From an uncultured virus (IMG/VR IMGVR_UViG_3300005662_008418) (Duplodnaviria > Heunggongvirae > Uroviricota > Caudoviricetes), in the IMG/VR virus record IMGVR_UViG_3300005662_008418: 64,000 nucleotides of DNA; one strand, written 5' to 3'. Position 1 is the stretch's first letter; every line of letters starts with the position of its first letter. The notes under the pieces are model-generated. The model did not search any database and was not told where the DNA came from. It worked only from the letters and a program-made list of their open reading frames with translations. Below are positions 1 through 8,899 of this stretch, in pieces. A program made the translations under genes and the position numbers.

Positions 1-2
1 AT

Positions 3-140
3 TCATTGTGTGTTTTCTTCTTCCTTTGGAATCCTGTAGTAACTCATATATAGTTCATGTTCGATGTTATGTCGCTTGAGCGTTTCTTCAAGGTGTAGGA
101 TGTACCAAGACATACGCAGCTTATGGTTAACATTTTTCAT
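3..140 (-). CDS. small hypothetical protein (45 aa, MKNVNHKLRMSWYILHLEE...)
   Basis: Hand-translated ATG..TGA ORF below the ORF-track cutoff. Its stop overlaps a further ATG (ATGA) at the window edge. Confidence 0.5.
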   Translation of the reverse strand: MKNVNHKLRMSWYILHLEETLKRHNIEHELYMSYYRIPKEEENTQ

Positions 141-190
141 ATGTTAACAAATCTGACTTATCAGATATGAAACTAATATTATGCTGCAAA

Positions 191-263
191 TACTCCCTAC
201 AGGATTCGAACCTGCGACTTCAACCGTGTAAAGGTTGCACTCTAGCCGCTGAGTTAAGGGAGT
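191..263 (-). tRNA. tRNA-Val(TAC), no encoded CCA
   Basis: Reverse complement folds as a cloverleaf: acceptor ACTCCCT/AGGGAGT, anticodon arm CAACC-TTTACAC-GGTTG, T-loop GGTTCGAATCC, discriminator A. Confidence 0.95.
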
Positions 264-303
264 GTTTTATTTCTAATTTTTAGTAATGCCAAAATATAAC
301 TAA

Positions 304-393
304 CGGGCAAAGAAGGATTCGAACCCTCGGAAGATTTTAACAACCTTCTGCAATTTAGTAGATTGCCGCCTTAAACCACTCGGCCATTTGCCC
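304..393 (-). tRNA. tRNA-Ser(ACT), class II (long variable arm), A34 anticodon
   Basis: Acceptor GGGCAAA/TTTGCCC, discriminator G, D-arm GCCGAGTGGTTTAAGGC, anticodon arm GCAAT-CTACTAA-ATTGC, long variable arm, T-arm GAGGGTTCGAATCCTTC. Confidence 0.9.
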
Positions 394-423
394 TGAAAAA
401 ATACCATAGTCTCGATGTATAAT

Positions 424-463
424 TGCGTAAATAAGTTTCAGACAATATCGAAACTTTTACGCA
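424..463. other. imperfect hairpin between tRNA genes (processing or termination element?)
   Basis: TGCGTAA(424-430) pairs with TTACGCA(457-463), and AAGTTTC(433-439) pairs with GAAACTT(450-456). Confidence 0.45.
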
Positions 464-468
464 TAAAG

Positions 469-544
469 CACCCGCAGCAGGAGTCGAACCTGCATAAGTC
501 CAGTTACGGTACTACCGCTTAGAAGGCGGAGCCGATATGCGGGC
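469..544 (-). tRNA. D-armless tRNA-like gene, anticodon TCT, long variable arm
   Basis: Acceptor GCCCGCA/TGCGGGT plus G73. About 7 unpaired nt replace the D-arm. Anticodon arm CCGC-CTTCTAA-GCGG, variable stem-loop of about 20 nt, perfect T-arm GCAGG-TTCGACT-CCTGC. Confidence 0.75.
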
Positions 545-569
545 AATGTGTATGCTGATCTGAGTCTTT

Positions 570-578
570 ATTGTAGCA
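570..578 (-). promoter_or_regulatory. possible extended -10 promoter (TGcTACAAT) for the tRNA cluster
   Basis: Matches TGnTAnnnT about 25 nt upstream of the first tRNA gene. No clear -35 element. Confidence 0.3.
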
Positions 579-623
579 AGCACATGACAGTACATGTCGT
601 GGAAATCGAGAGTACTTATTTTT

Positions 624-1064
624 TTAAATTTTACCCTTTTTACTGGCGCTCGCATCTGCCACAAAGTTATCGGGCTTCTTATTCATTGACTCAGAAGTGC
701 TTTTGTTCTTCTTTTCCTCAAAGAGCTTAGCCTCTGCTTCTGATATCTGCCTCCTCATTTCTGGGAGCATGCTTTCTACTGCATCAATGTATTCCCTAAG
801 AGCATCTCTGGTTATCTCGTTAATGCTGGAGCAATCTGCTGCCATTTGCTTTACTTGAATAAAATCTTTTTCAAAATCAGCAAGGCGCTGCTTATCCACA
901 TTAAATCCAGATATCATCTCCCCGATACTCTTGCCTCCAGAAAGGTACTCGAAACTTTTCTTAAGGCCATAAGCACCAAGCCCTATAGCTGCTCCGATCC
1001 CCATAAGGGGAAGGTAGCCTATTGCTTCCTTATTCATGCTATGTTGCTGGTTGCTATTTTTCAT
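624..1064 (-). CDS. hypothetical protein with N-terminal hydrophobic Gly-rich helix and coiled coil
   Basis: ORF track; LPLMGIGAAIGLGAYGL segment followed by charged helices. Confidence 0.7.
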   Translation of the reverse strand: MKNSNQQHSMNKEAIGYLPLMGIGAAIGLGAYGLKKSFEYLSGGKSIGEMISGFNVDKQRLADFEKDFIQVKQMAADCSSINEITRDALREYIDAVESMLPEMRRQISEAEAKLFEEKKNKSTSESMNKKPDNFVADASASKKGKI

Positions 1065-1067
1065 TTT

Positions 1068-1517
1068 TTACCTATAATAGTTAAAATAACCGCCCATCTT
1101 ATCCTGCACTATCGAAGCAAGTTCATCCATATTACTTGCGTAATTGCTATCTCCAGTGAATATCGGACTACTGCTCAATACACTAGAGCAGTCAAAATCG
1201 ATTTTGTCTGCATAAACACTGTTATTGCTATTGTCGCATATTTCTCTCAAATGCTTGGTCACTCCCACATTTATGGATTCAGCTATTTTGGCGGCTGGTA
1301 AATGAGGGTATCTTTGGACAAGTCCATCTAGCATAAAATTTAGTCTTCTGCTTAGGTCTCCATTGTGTATGACAGCAAGCCATTCAAACGGCAGTTCAAC
1401 AAAATCTGCCTTGTCTGGCGCATAAGCTCTACCCGAATCAAATATCCCGCCATCGATATCTCGATCTATTAGGGGCATTGCTTTTTTAAACCAATTATTA
1501 AATTTATTTTTATTCAT
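1068..1517 (-). CDS. hypothetical protein
   Basis: ORF tightly packed between co-oriented genes. Confidence 0.7.
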   Translation of the reverse strand: MNKNKFNNWFKKAMPLIDRDIDGGIFDSGRAYAPDKADFVELPFEWLAVIHNGDLSRRLNFMLDGLVQRYPHLPAAKIAESINVGVTKHLREICDNSNNSVYADKIDFDCSSVLSSSPIFTGDSNYASNMDELASIVQDKMGGYFNYYR

Positions 1518-1857
1518 AAACCAATTTTTGCGCCAGACCCTCTTCTACAAGGAGGGTATTAATACATGCACCATTAGAAAGGACTATACTAGCCAAATAC
1601 CTTCCGTATTTTTCTTTTTTGTCCTTCACGGTGCGAATTACGACATGAGCGCCGTGCTCAATAAGCAAATTTTCCACCCTTTGCTTTGCGGCAACAGCCA
1701 TTGCTCTTTTTTCTATGTTTTTGTCTGTCAGTTCTTCCGTATTTATTTCCATTAGCCTTAGCCTAATCACGGTGAACACGCCAAACCCCAGATCCACATT
1801 AGCGTCTACGGTGTCTCCATCAACTACTCTTAAAATGTTTGCTTTATATTCGTACAT
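1510..1857 (-). CDS. thermonuclease (SNase-like) family protein
   Basis: RVVDGDTVD...RLRLMEINTEE...KYGRYLA...INTLLVEEGLA motifs. Start reassigned to MYEYKA at 1857. Confidence 0.9.
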   Translation of the reverse strand: MYEYKANILRVVDGDTVDANVDLGFGVFTVIRLRLMEINTEELTDKNIEKRAMAVAAKQRVENLLIEHGAHVVIRTVKDKKEKYGRYLASIVLSNGACINTLLVEEGLAQKLVYE

Positions 1858-1948
1858 GCTATTTGTTTCGCCAAAAAATAAATAAAACTTCCGTGTTTTA
1901 TTGTAGGTTATTAAAAAACGGAAACATGAGATTACTAAAATAAAACTC

Positions 1949-2644
1949 ATGAGCACAAATACAACTTTAGCATATAATAATTTTTTTCATCTCTATCATG
2001 ACGCATTCAATGATCAAGATGTAAGTATAGATTTTTTGTTCAGTGATTGTCGAATGAAAAGTATCACCATTAGCATGCCAGCCAAAGATGCTCTTGTTAT
2101 CTATTCTGGGCTGCATTCATATGTCAATTCCATAATGGAAAAAGCATATAAGCATGAAGATGACATCAGAAATATGGTTACTGCGCAGGTCAACAAGCGA
2201 GTAGAGAAAAAAGGCGTCTACGCCCAAATGGGAGCAATGATATATGGAGGTATTGAAGATCCAATCGACACCCAAATATCAAGAGGCGTGGAATTCTATT
2301 CTGGATTGAAAAAAAGCAACTTAGCAATCATAGAAGAAGCAACTAAAGACATAGACGATGGCGATCTATGTGAAATCATATTCAAAGAAAAAGATGCAGA
2401 AATAGATCTTTCAAACGAATTTCACAATTGTCTATCTGTTATGAAAAAACTCATCACCTTAAATAAAGTCGAATTACTTGATGAATGCCTGTCCGATCTA
2501 ATGGATATATCGAAAAATACTCATAAGACAAATAATGGCAATACTTTGTCTTTAATTAACGAGGCTTTTGTTTCCGTATCCAATAAGGTACACAAGCACT
2601 TGGACAACAATACTCCAAATCTCTTTGATGTAGGAGAGGTGTGA
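1949..2644 (+). CDS. hypothetical protein
   Basis: 231-aa ORF after an AT-rich divergent spacer. Confidence 0.7.
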   Translation: MSTNTTLAYNNFFHLYHDAFNDQDVSIDFLFSDCRMKSITISMPAKDALVIYSGLHSYVNSIMEKAYKHEDDIRNMVTAQVNKRVEKKGVYAQMGAMIYGGIEDPIDTQISRGVEFYSGLKKSNLAIIEEATKDIDDGDLCEIIFKEKDAEIDLSNEFHNCLSVMKKLITLNKVELLDECLSDLMDISKNTHKTNNGNTLSLINEAFVSVSNKVHKHLDNNTPNLFDVGEV

Positions 2645-2952
2645 TGAAAAGAAAAGCAAAAGAAATCATAAACGAAATAAATAATAGCGCAGTAAGCAAG
2701 ACTCCCGTTCCAGCAAAGAAAATAATATCGTTTATAACTGAAGCGGAGAATCAGGCTAAAATACTATCCGAAGCAGCAACCATACTGATGGAAAATGGAT
2801 TCGGACCCGATGATGACGATGCGCAATTCGATATCGTTTCCATGCTAAAGTCGGCAATTTCAGACATTCAAGAACTGAGGAACGAAAATAAAAAATTGCA
2901 GGCACAAATCGGAAATTCGAAAATATTTGAGCAAACGCTCAATGAAGGTTGA
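2644..2952 (+). CDS. hypothetical coiled-coil protein
   Basis: Overlaps the upstream stop; GGAG lies upstream. Confidence 0.65.
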   Translation: MKRKAKEIINEINNSAVSKTPVPAKKIISFITEAENQAKILSEAATILMENGFGPDDDDAQFDIVSMLKSAISDIQELRNENKKLQAQIGNSKIFEQTLNEG

Positions 2953-3115
2953 ATACTATCCTGTGAATAAGAAAAAAAAGATACGATGGTGCGAGATTCG
3001 TTTTGTGTTTCGAGGTTTATTCCTATGCTGCTGGGAATTTATAAAATTAGATTGCGTAAAGTATAAAATAGCTTGGTTAGCGATATTGATCCTATATATG
3101 ATAATGATGGCATGA
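2942..3115 (+). CDS. small hypothetical protein with C-terminal hydrophobic helix
   Basis: Fills the gap between neighbours; ATGA overlap with the methyltransferase start. Confidence 0.5.
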   Translation: MKVEYYPVNKKKKIRWCEIRFVFRGLFLCCWEFIKLDCVKYKIAWLAILILYMIMMA

Positions 3116-4461
3116 AAATGAGTAAAAAAGATAAAAAACCAACCGTGGGATCTCTATTCGCTGGCATAGGCGGATTTGATCTTGGATTTGAGAGAAGCGG
3201 ATTTGATATCAGATGGTGCGTTGAAAAGGATAAGCACTGCCAGAAAGTATTAAAACGTAGGTTCCCCAATGCTGTTGTGTACGGAGATATCACTCAGATA
3301 AAAGATGAAGAATTGGAAAAAGTCGATGTGGTATGCGGCGGTTTCCCTTGTCAGGATCTTAGCGTAGCTGGAAAAAGAAAAGGATTAGCAGGAGAAAGAT
3401 CAGGATTATTTTATGAAGCAATACGACTTGTTCGCGCCATCCGACCAGAATTCCTTATACTCGAAAATGTCCCTGGATTGCTTAGCAGCAATAAAGGGCA
3501 CGACTTCGCAGCAGTCATCCGTGAAATGGACCAAGGGTGGCCTTGTGAGGAAATCGGCTGGAGAATTCTTGACAGCAGACACTTCGGAGTCCCCCAGCGA
3601 CGCAAGAGAATCTTCATTGTGGCAAGTTCTAGAACCGGAGGTTCCGAAGCACTACTGGCTATCCCCGAAGGCATGCGAGGGCATATTGAGAAGGGCGAAC
3701 AGGCGCGGAAAAACTCTACCAAAGATACTGCAGAATGCTCTGCAGAAAGTTGTGGATCAGAAAACGCAACCATAGAAAATCCTATTGTCATCGATAGGGC
3801 TGCCTTCAATCAAGGCCAGAATGCTCTGTATCAGCCATACATAAAGTGCTCCAATGAAATGCCATCTTTAGTGGCTCGCGGACCACATGCTGTGGCATTC
3901 CGAAAGTCAAGAAGAGCTCAGAATGCCCAAGACGTGGAAACTTGGGTGAATGACGATACAGCAAATACACTTAATGGATTTGATGTCGGAGATACCAGGA
4001 CGACCCATGCAGTAGTGGCAATACAGGGAAATCTAATTGGGAGGGATGCAGGAGGACCTCAGGGAGTTGGTGTTTCCACTGAGGGAGTTATGTACACCCT
4101 CACCTCTACCGATGTGCATGGCATAGCAACGAATATGCGCAATGAATCAGTCTATTCATTTGATGGCATGAATCAGAAAGCCGCTAAGGAAATTCACCAC
4201 TCCCTGAGAACCGGAAGGGATTCCGGAGATTTTATAGCCATGGAAGAACCAATAGGAAACATGAACATGGTAGTAAGAAGACTTACGCCAAAAGAATGCG
4301 AAAGACTACAGGGATTTGATGATGATTGGACATCGGATCAGTCAGATGCGGCAAGATATAAGCAATTAGGAAATGCAGTAACTGTAAATGTGGCTCAATG
4401 GATAGCGACAAACGCGAAAAACTTTCTGGAAAAGAATGCGATTGCAAAAGACATGCGTTAA
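3112..4461 (+). CDS. dcm: DNA (cytosine-5)-methyltransferase with long variable region
   Basis: Motif I FAGIGG, IV GFPCQ, VI ENV, VIII QRRKR, IX RRLTPKECERLQGF, X YKQLGNAV. Confidence 0.95.
   Translation: MKMSKKDKKPTVGSLFAGIGGFDLGFERSGFDIRWCVEKDKHCQKVLKRRFPNAVVYGDITQIKDEELEKVDVVCGGFPCQDLSVAGKRKGLAGERSGLFYEAIRLVRAIRPEFLILENVPGLLSSNKGHDFAAVIREMDQGWPCEEIGWRILDSRHFGVPQRRKRIFIVASSRTGGSEALLAIPEGMRGHIEKGEQARKNSTKDTAECSAESCGSENATIENPIVIDRAAFNQGQNALYQPYIKCSNEMPSLVARGPHAVAFRKSRRAQNAQDVETWVNDDTANTLNGFDVGDTRTTHAVVAIQGNLIGRDAGGPQGVGVSTEGVMYTLTSTDVHGIATNMRNESVYSFDGMNQKAAKEIHHSLRTGRDSGDFIAMEEPIGNMNMVVRRLTPKECERLQGFDDDWTSDQSDAARYKQLGNAVTVNVAQWIATNAKNFLEKNAIAKDMR
3413..3775 (+). CDS. nested +1-frame ORF resembling the beta-polypeptide of two-component C5-MTases (EcoHK31I-type)
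   Basis: 120-aa ATG ORF inside dcm containing SSLWQVLE..VPKHYWLSPKACEGILRRANRRGKTLP..LQNAL. Confidence 0.65.
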   Translation: MKQYDLFAPSDQNSLYSKMSLDCLAAIKGTTSQQSSVKWTKGGLVRKSAGEFLTADTSESPSDARESSLWQVLEPEVPKHYWLSPKACEGILRRANRRGKTLPKILQNALQKVVDQKTQP

Positions 4462-4469
4462 TAAATAGC

Positions 4470-4685
4470 ATGCCAACTGGTGGAGATGTACTAATGTCAG
4501 ATGGCAACATTTTATGGATGCAATGGATGGATCGTGAAAATCACACTGTGGTGCTGTGTGATAGTGTCGCATCAACCATAAGTGGTCCATGGTCTGTTAA
4601 TGACATTGATTTTGATCCAGTAGATCCGATTGTATTGTTGAGAATGGAAGCATTATATACTGCGTGCATCAGCCATGAAGAATGA
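4470..4685 (+). CDS. hypothetical protein
   Basis: Fills the gap between dcm and the glycosyltransferase; start taken at MPTGG. Confidence 0.55.
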   Translation: MPTGGDVLMSDGNILWMQWMDRENHTVVLCDSVASTISGPWSVNDIDFDPVDPIVLLRMEALYTACISHEE

Positions 4686-5526
4686 TGGAAGGAAAATAAA
4701 CAGTAAAAATTTGAACGATAGTGGCATTGATGCTTCTCGGAGAAATAGTCAATTCTATATTCATTCAAGATATATAGATCATATACTTCCAAATGAATTA
4801 ATCAACATATGCACGGTATCATTTAATCAGAATGAGTGCATACGAACACTCTATGAATCTTTAAAATCCACATGCAAAATGCCATGGAGAATGCATGTGG
4901 TAGACAATGGCTCTGCAGATTCATCGATAGAAGAACTTACTGACTTCTGTAATAAAAACAGAATTAATTTATTAACTAGAAAATGCAGATATACGATGTC
5001 CAGAGCCAGTCAGGCTCACGGTGATGCGTTGGACTTTATTGTAAAATCCATAGGTGATGATAACTCCATACTTTCCATTGTCGACAGTGACTTCTATTTT
5101 GTAAAAATAGGATGGGATTCTATAATAAGAGGATTATTGCCAAAGGGTGGACATATTACGACTATGAGGGGACTAAATGTTCATAAGCCAGCAGCATTCA
5201 TGAGCGTCTTCAGAAAAAGATACGTCAAGAACAAAAGAATATCGTTCATGCCTATAGTGGGCAAAACTGGAAAAGCATTGGAATTTAGAGATGTTGGATA
5301 TGAACTTGGTGAAATACAAATGTCCAAATGGCAAAAACTCATGAATATACCCATGAGTGATTCAACTTATGGCATAACATCCGTAGAAGGATCATGCGAT
5401 ATTTCCATAAATGGAATACCAATCGCAAGTCATCTAAGTAGAGGCAGACTAGTAGGAAGGCGTAGGGAAGTGCATGCTCAATGGGCTGATGAGTGCAGAA
5501 AATACTTAAATAAGACTAAAAAATAG
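4675..5526 (+). CDS. GT2-like (GT-A fold) glycosyltransferase
   Basis: ICTVSFN...HVVDNGSAD, DSD motif; paralogous to 8176 and 8900. Confidence 0.8.
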   Translation: MKNDGRKINSKNLNDSGIDASRRNSQFYIHSRYIDHILPNELINICTVSFNQNECIRTLYESLKSTCKMPWRMHVVDNGSADSSIEELTDFCNKNRINLLTRKCRYTMSRASQAHGDALDFIVKSIGDDNSILSIVDSDFYFVKIGWDSIIRGLLPKGGHITTMRGLNVHKPAAFMSVFRKRYVKNKRISFMPIVGKTGKALEFRDVGYELGEIQMSKWQKLMNIPMSDSTYGITSVEGSCDISINGIPIASHLSRGRLVGRRREVHAQWADECRKYLNKTKK

Positions 5527-6238
5527 GTTGTTTTTTAATCTTATTTCTTAATTCAACCATAGCACCCTTATGACCCTTTCCAAATGGTCCTCGGCTTTTT
5601 GATTGATCCTTACTGCCAAATTTATAGCCACCAAAGTGGCATGCCTTTAAATCAGCCTCCCTGTAGTCCATGACATCATTTGCACTGGTGCCATAATCTT
5701 GCCATGCTTTGTACAGGGCTAGTTGATCGCTGAATTTATGCTTTACAGTTTTAGCATAGTGCATCCATTTATCTAAAAATGCAGCTGTGTTTTCGCGAAC
5801 TTGAGTTCCCACTATCCATGACCTAAATTTCCTTGCCTCTTCCCTCTGTCTAGGCCTGGTTTCTGTTAAGAGCATTTTATTGCTTTCTTTGAATTTCTCT
5901 ATACTTGAAATGATTGATCCATAAGTCATGACATCAGCATCAAGATAGCATATAACATCGCCCTCTTTCGCAAAATCGCATGCTTGTTTCATGGCATTTA
6001 TTTTTGAACAGAATTTATCAGGTTTCGCTGGAGCTGTCACAGGAGTGCAGAGTGAAAAATCTCTCGATATTAGGTCAGCTAACTTTTTTGAGTAGCCTTT
6101 TGGAGCGCCGACTACAGTGTGTATTTTTTTAGCGTCGTGATATTCTACGCTACCGCAAAGATACCAGGCCATGATGGCATACTCTCGATCTTTACTAATA
6201 TTTACGCCTCCGAAACTGGTAACTATGTAAATATTCAA
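5516..6238 (-). CDS. putative nucleotide-sugar glycosyltransferase (GT-A)
   Basis: SKI..M, ICYLDADV (DxD) and SDQLAL motifs. Confidence 0.65.
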   Translation of the reverse strand: MNIYIVTSFGGVNISKDREYAIMAWYLCGSVEYHDAKKIHTVVGAPKGYSKKLADLISRDFSLCTPVTAPAKPDKFCSKINAMKQACDFAKEGDVICYLDADVMTYGSIISSIEKFKESNKMLLTETRPRQREEARKFRSWIVGTQVRENTAAFLDKWMHYAKTVKHKFSDQLALYKAWQDYGTSANDVMDYREADLKACHFGGYKFGSKDQSKSRGPFGKGHKGAMVELRNKIKKQPIF

Positions 6239-7011
6239 CTTAGTATTTCCCTGACTCCATGTGGAATTCTATAATTTTTCAGCATCACAACATCATCTAG
6301 ATTTTTTGAGCGTTTCAATATTCGAAACTGAGTGTCTCTGCGAATTGAATCTATATTCTTTTTTTTCCACTTAGAACTATGCATCTGCTGCGGATGTATT
6401 CTATAAATAGCGCAAGGGGATTCACTAAACCCTATTCGCAGCCTCTTGACGCATCTAGCCCACATTTCCTTGTCGCTGCTGCATCTCATCTCTTCGTCAT
6501 ACATGCCAACTACATTATGAGCATCTTTTTTTATCATCACTCCTTGAGCATGTATCAATTTATATCCATCAACTTTCCTAACAGCTTTTGCCCTTGTGCT
6601 CGCTGGATAAAAGTCAGGCATAAGTTCTTTTCCTTTGCCTAATCTCCATGCTGGAGCGTGAACCATGTCGTAATTTTTTCTATCTAAAACACTAAATCTG
6701 GTGGTTATTCCGTCATTGGTTAATAAATCGTCTGCGTCCAGCATGACCAGAACTGGAGATTTGGCAAAAAATATGCCAGCATTTTTGGCAGAAGAGTAGC
6801 CAAAATTTCTACCCATTTCTATCACTCTTATTCTATCTTTGTTCTTATTCATAAGAGGATATACTACATCACGCCAAGAATCTGAAGATCCGTCATCCAC
6901 TATAACCATTTCAGATTCTTCGAAATCTTGAGATAAAAAGCTTTTAATTGTTTCTTCTATATAATTTGCATAGTTATACAAAGTAGTTATAATGGATACT
7001 TTTGTGTTCAT
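6235..7011 (-). CDS. GT2 family glycosyltransferase
   Basis: VSIITTLYN..YIEETIKSFLSQ, VDDGSSD, NFGYSSAKNAGI, LDADD, VGMYDEE...SDKEMW. Confidence 0.92.
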   Translation of the reverse strand: MNTKVSIITTLYNYANYIEETIKSFLSQDFEESEMVIVDDGSSDSWRDVVYPLMNKNKDRIRVIEMGRNFGYSSAKNAGIFFAKSPVLVMLDADDLLTNDGITTRFSVLDRKNYDMVHAPAWRLGKGKELMPDFYPASTRAKAVRKVDGYKLIHAQGVMIKKDAHNVVGMYDEEMRCSSDKEMWARCVKRLRIGFSESPCAIYRIHPQQMHSSKWKKKNIDSIRRDTQFRILKRSKNLDDVVMLKNYRIPHGVREILS

Positions 7012-7673
7012 AGCAGTTTCTCTATACCATTCAGCGCGCTTATGCAATCTGGACCGAAATCAATATGATTATATCCAATGTTGCTAAGTCTTCGCATAAT
7101 TGGTCTCTTCTGATCTTTCGTCAAATGCTTTACTTCCCATATTATCAAAGGTGGTTTCCATTTGCCTACATCAAATCCAGAAAAAACATGCGGCTCGTAA
7201 CCCTCTACATCTATCGATAAAACAGTCACTCTTTCAGTTTTGGATTCTATGATGCTATCTAGCGTATGGCATGGAACGGTGATTTTTCTTAAATAAGTAT
7301 TGAATTTTTTATTGAACTTATAGCCACCAACCGCACTGGCCTTACCCATTTCAATAGACTTGTCTATTGGATTTAACGGCAACGAAGGATCCATATAAGT
7401 TATCTCGATCTCTCCCTTTTTATCACCAACCGCTGATTGAATAAAAAATATATTATTGTTATTAGCTAAATTTGATCTGAAATTAAGTTTACATTTCTCC
7501 ATCAAATGGGGTATGGGTTCTATTAGTATAGATTTCCATCCGTTTTTTATACAAAAAGGAATAACTCTGTCTTCCGTTATTCCGTCGTTGGCCCCAACGC
7601 TAACCAGGATGGGATTGTGATAAGTCATGCCTATAGCCCCAAGCATTTTCATATATGCTTTTGGCTTTTTCAT
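7008..7673 (-). CDS. FkbM family SAM-dependent methyltransferase
   Basis: VGANDGITED, GWKSILIEP, TLDSII, SIDVEGYE, PPLIIWE. Confidence 0.9.
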   Translation of the reverse strand: MKKPKAYMKMLGAIGMTYHNPILVSVGANDGITEDRVIPFCIKNGWKSILIEPIPHLMEKCKLNFRSNLANNNNIFFIQSAVGDKKGEIEITYMDPSLPLNPIDKSIEMGKASAVGGYKFNKKFNTYLRKITVPCHTLDSIIESKTERVTVLSIDVEGYEPHVFSGFDVGKWKPPLIIWEVKHLTKDQKRPIMRRLSNIGYNHIDFGPDCISALNGIEKLL

Positions 7674-7987
7674 ATATGAATACCAGCATCATTAAAAAAT
7701 TTAACTATATCAGAGTCCTTGTCTAGATTCAATTCTCGTATTCTTGCTTTTATGTTTATTAGACAAATCCTCAGCTTCTCGTACTCCAGTAAATGCCGCT
7801 GCATAAAATCCCTATCTACTCTCTCCCTGATTTCGAGTTCATTAATTTTGACGCATATATCCTCACAGAAATCTGCGATATTAAATATATTATTTGCTGT
7901 AAAGTTATCTCCACGCATACTGATATCTTCACCAATACTCTTTATTGAATCAATGAACTTTTTTCTTTCTGCAATATCATTACGCAT
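7670..7987 (-). CDS. hypothetical protein
   Basis: Overlapping co-oriented ORF. Confidence 0.65.
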   Translation of the reverse strand: MRNDIAERKKFIDSIKSIGEDISMRGDNFTANNIFNIADFCEDICVKINELEIRERVDRDFMQRHLLEYEKLRICLINIKARIRELNLDKDSDIVKFFNDAGIHI

Positions 7988-8201
7988 TGATTTTTGCCCT
8001 TAAGAAGTCAACTACATCATTAGTATCATTTATTGCCTTAGCCAGATGCGATATAACCCATGGATCAGAGTTGTCTGCCAGCATCCCTTGCAAAGACTCT
8101 AATTCTAGTGCTAGAGATTTAAGCGCCTTAACTTGCTGCGCAGTCATCTCTTCAGAGCTTGTAGAAGATTGTTTTTTATTTAATTCGAATACGTTTTTCA
8201 T
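7980..8201 (-). CDS. small hypothetical helical protein
   Basis: Overlapping co-oriented ORF. Confidence 0.6.
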   Translation of the reverse strand: MKNVFELNKKQSSTSSEEMTAQQVKALKSLALELESLQGMLADNSDPWVISHLAKAINDTNDVVDFLRAKINA

Positions 8202-8898
8202 GGTTGCTAATTCCCCATTTTTGGTCTAACCATCTTTTCCATTCTGTAAAACCAGTTCCACTCCTGCTCTTACCCATATGATCTAAGAAAACAAGATTAT
8301 CCAGCATCCATACATGACCTTTTGCCTGGAATCTTATTTTAGGATGGCATATCAATGGCTTCCATGATTCCATTCGTATCATATCGCTACCAACATCCCA
8401 TCTATCAGGGCATTTTTTATCAGATCCATCTGGATTAAGTCTTGGCAAAAAGTTAATATTATTTTCTCTTACTTTCCTTACCGGGAAAGCAGAAAACCAC
8501 ACTCCACACCCGTTTGGCGTTCCTGGTCTTCTGCATGTAAAATGATCATGAGTTTCCAGAATTTTCATAGCATGCATTCCCCAATTTGGGCGAATGAAAG
8601 AAGAATCACAATCGACTATGATAGCTATATCATCGTCACTAAATGTATCTATACCACAGTGTATTGCCTCACCATGATATCTGGAAGGTGCATATATATC
8701 ACCCTGCTGTCTGGATATAAGATTAGACTTATACTTGGATGAAACTTGTTTTAGCCTTGAGATATTTTGCTCGTCTGATCCGTTATCTACAACGGTCAAA
8801 CTAAATGGCAAACCACATGTATGACTGATATTGTGAAACAAATTTTCTACAAATAAAGCTGAATTGTAGCATACTGTAAGTATTTTTATACTATTCAA
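8176..8898 (-). CDS. GT2-like glycosyltransferase (TTG start)
   Basis: ILTVCYNS, VVDNGSD, VDCDS; close paralog of 8900..9601. Confidence 0.8.
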   Translation of the reverse strand: MNSIKILTVCYNSALFVENLFHNISHTCGLPFSLTVVDNGSDEQNISRLKQVSSKYKSNLISRQQGDIYAPSRYHGEAIHCGIDTFSDDDIAIIVDCDSSFIRPNWGMHAMKILETHDHFTCRRPGTPNGCGVWFSAFPVRKVRENNINFLPRLNPDGSDKKCPDRWDVGSDMIRMESWKPLICHPKIRFQAKGHVWMLDNLVFLDHMGKSRSGTGFTEWKRWLDQKWGISNHEKRIRIK

Positions 8899-8899
8899 T

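Noticed and set aside
469..544. tmRNA tRNA-like domain
   Set aside because: It has an anticodon arm, lacks the G3-U70 Ala determinant and has no room for an mRNA-like domain.
846..1301. 151-aa plus-strand ORF and similar antisense ORFs (3411, 13217, 28344, 30414, 33903)
   Set aside because: They lie opposite better-supported genes and show no recognisable motifs.
4276..4305. AGA-to-Ser recoding suggested by the D-armless UCU tRNA
   Set aside because: Conserved Arg residues of methyltransferase motif IX (RRLTP..CERLQ) are encoded by AGA, so AGA reads as Arg at least in this gene.
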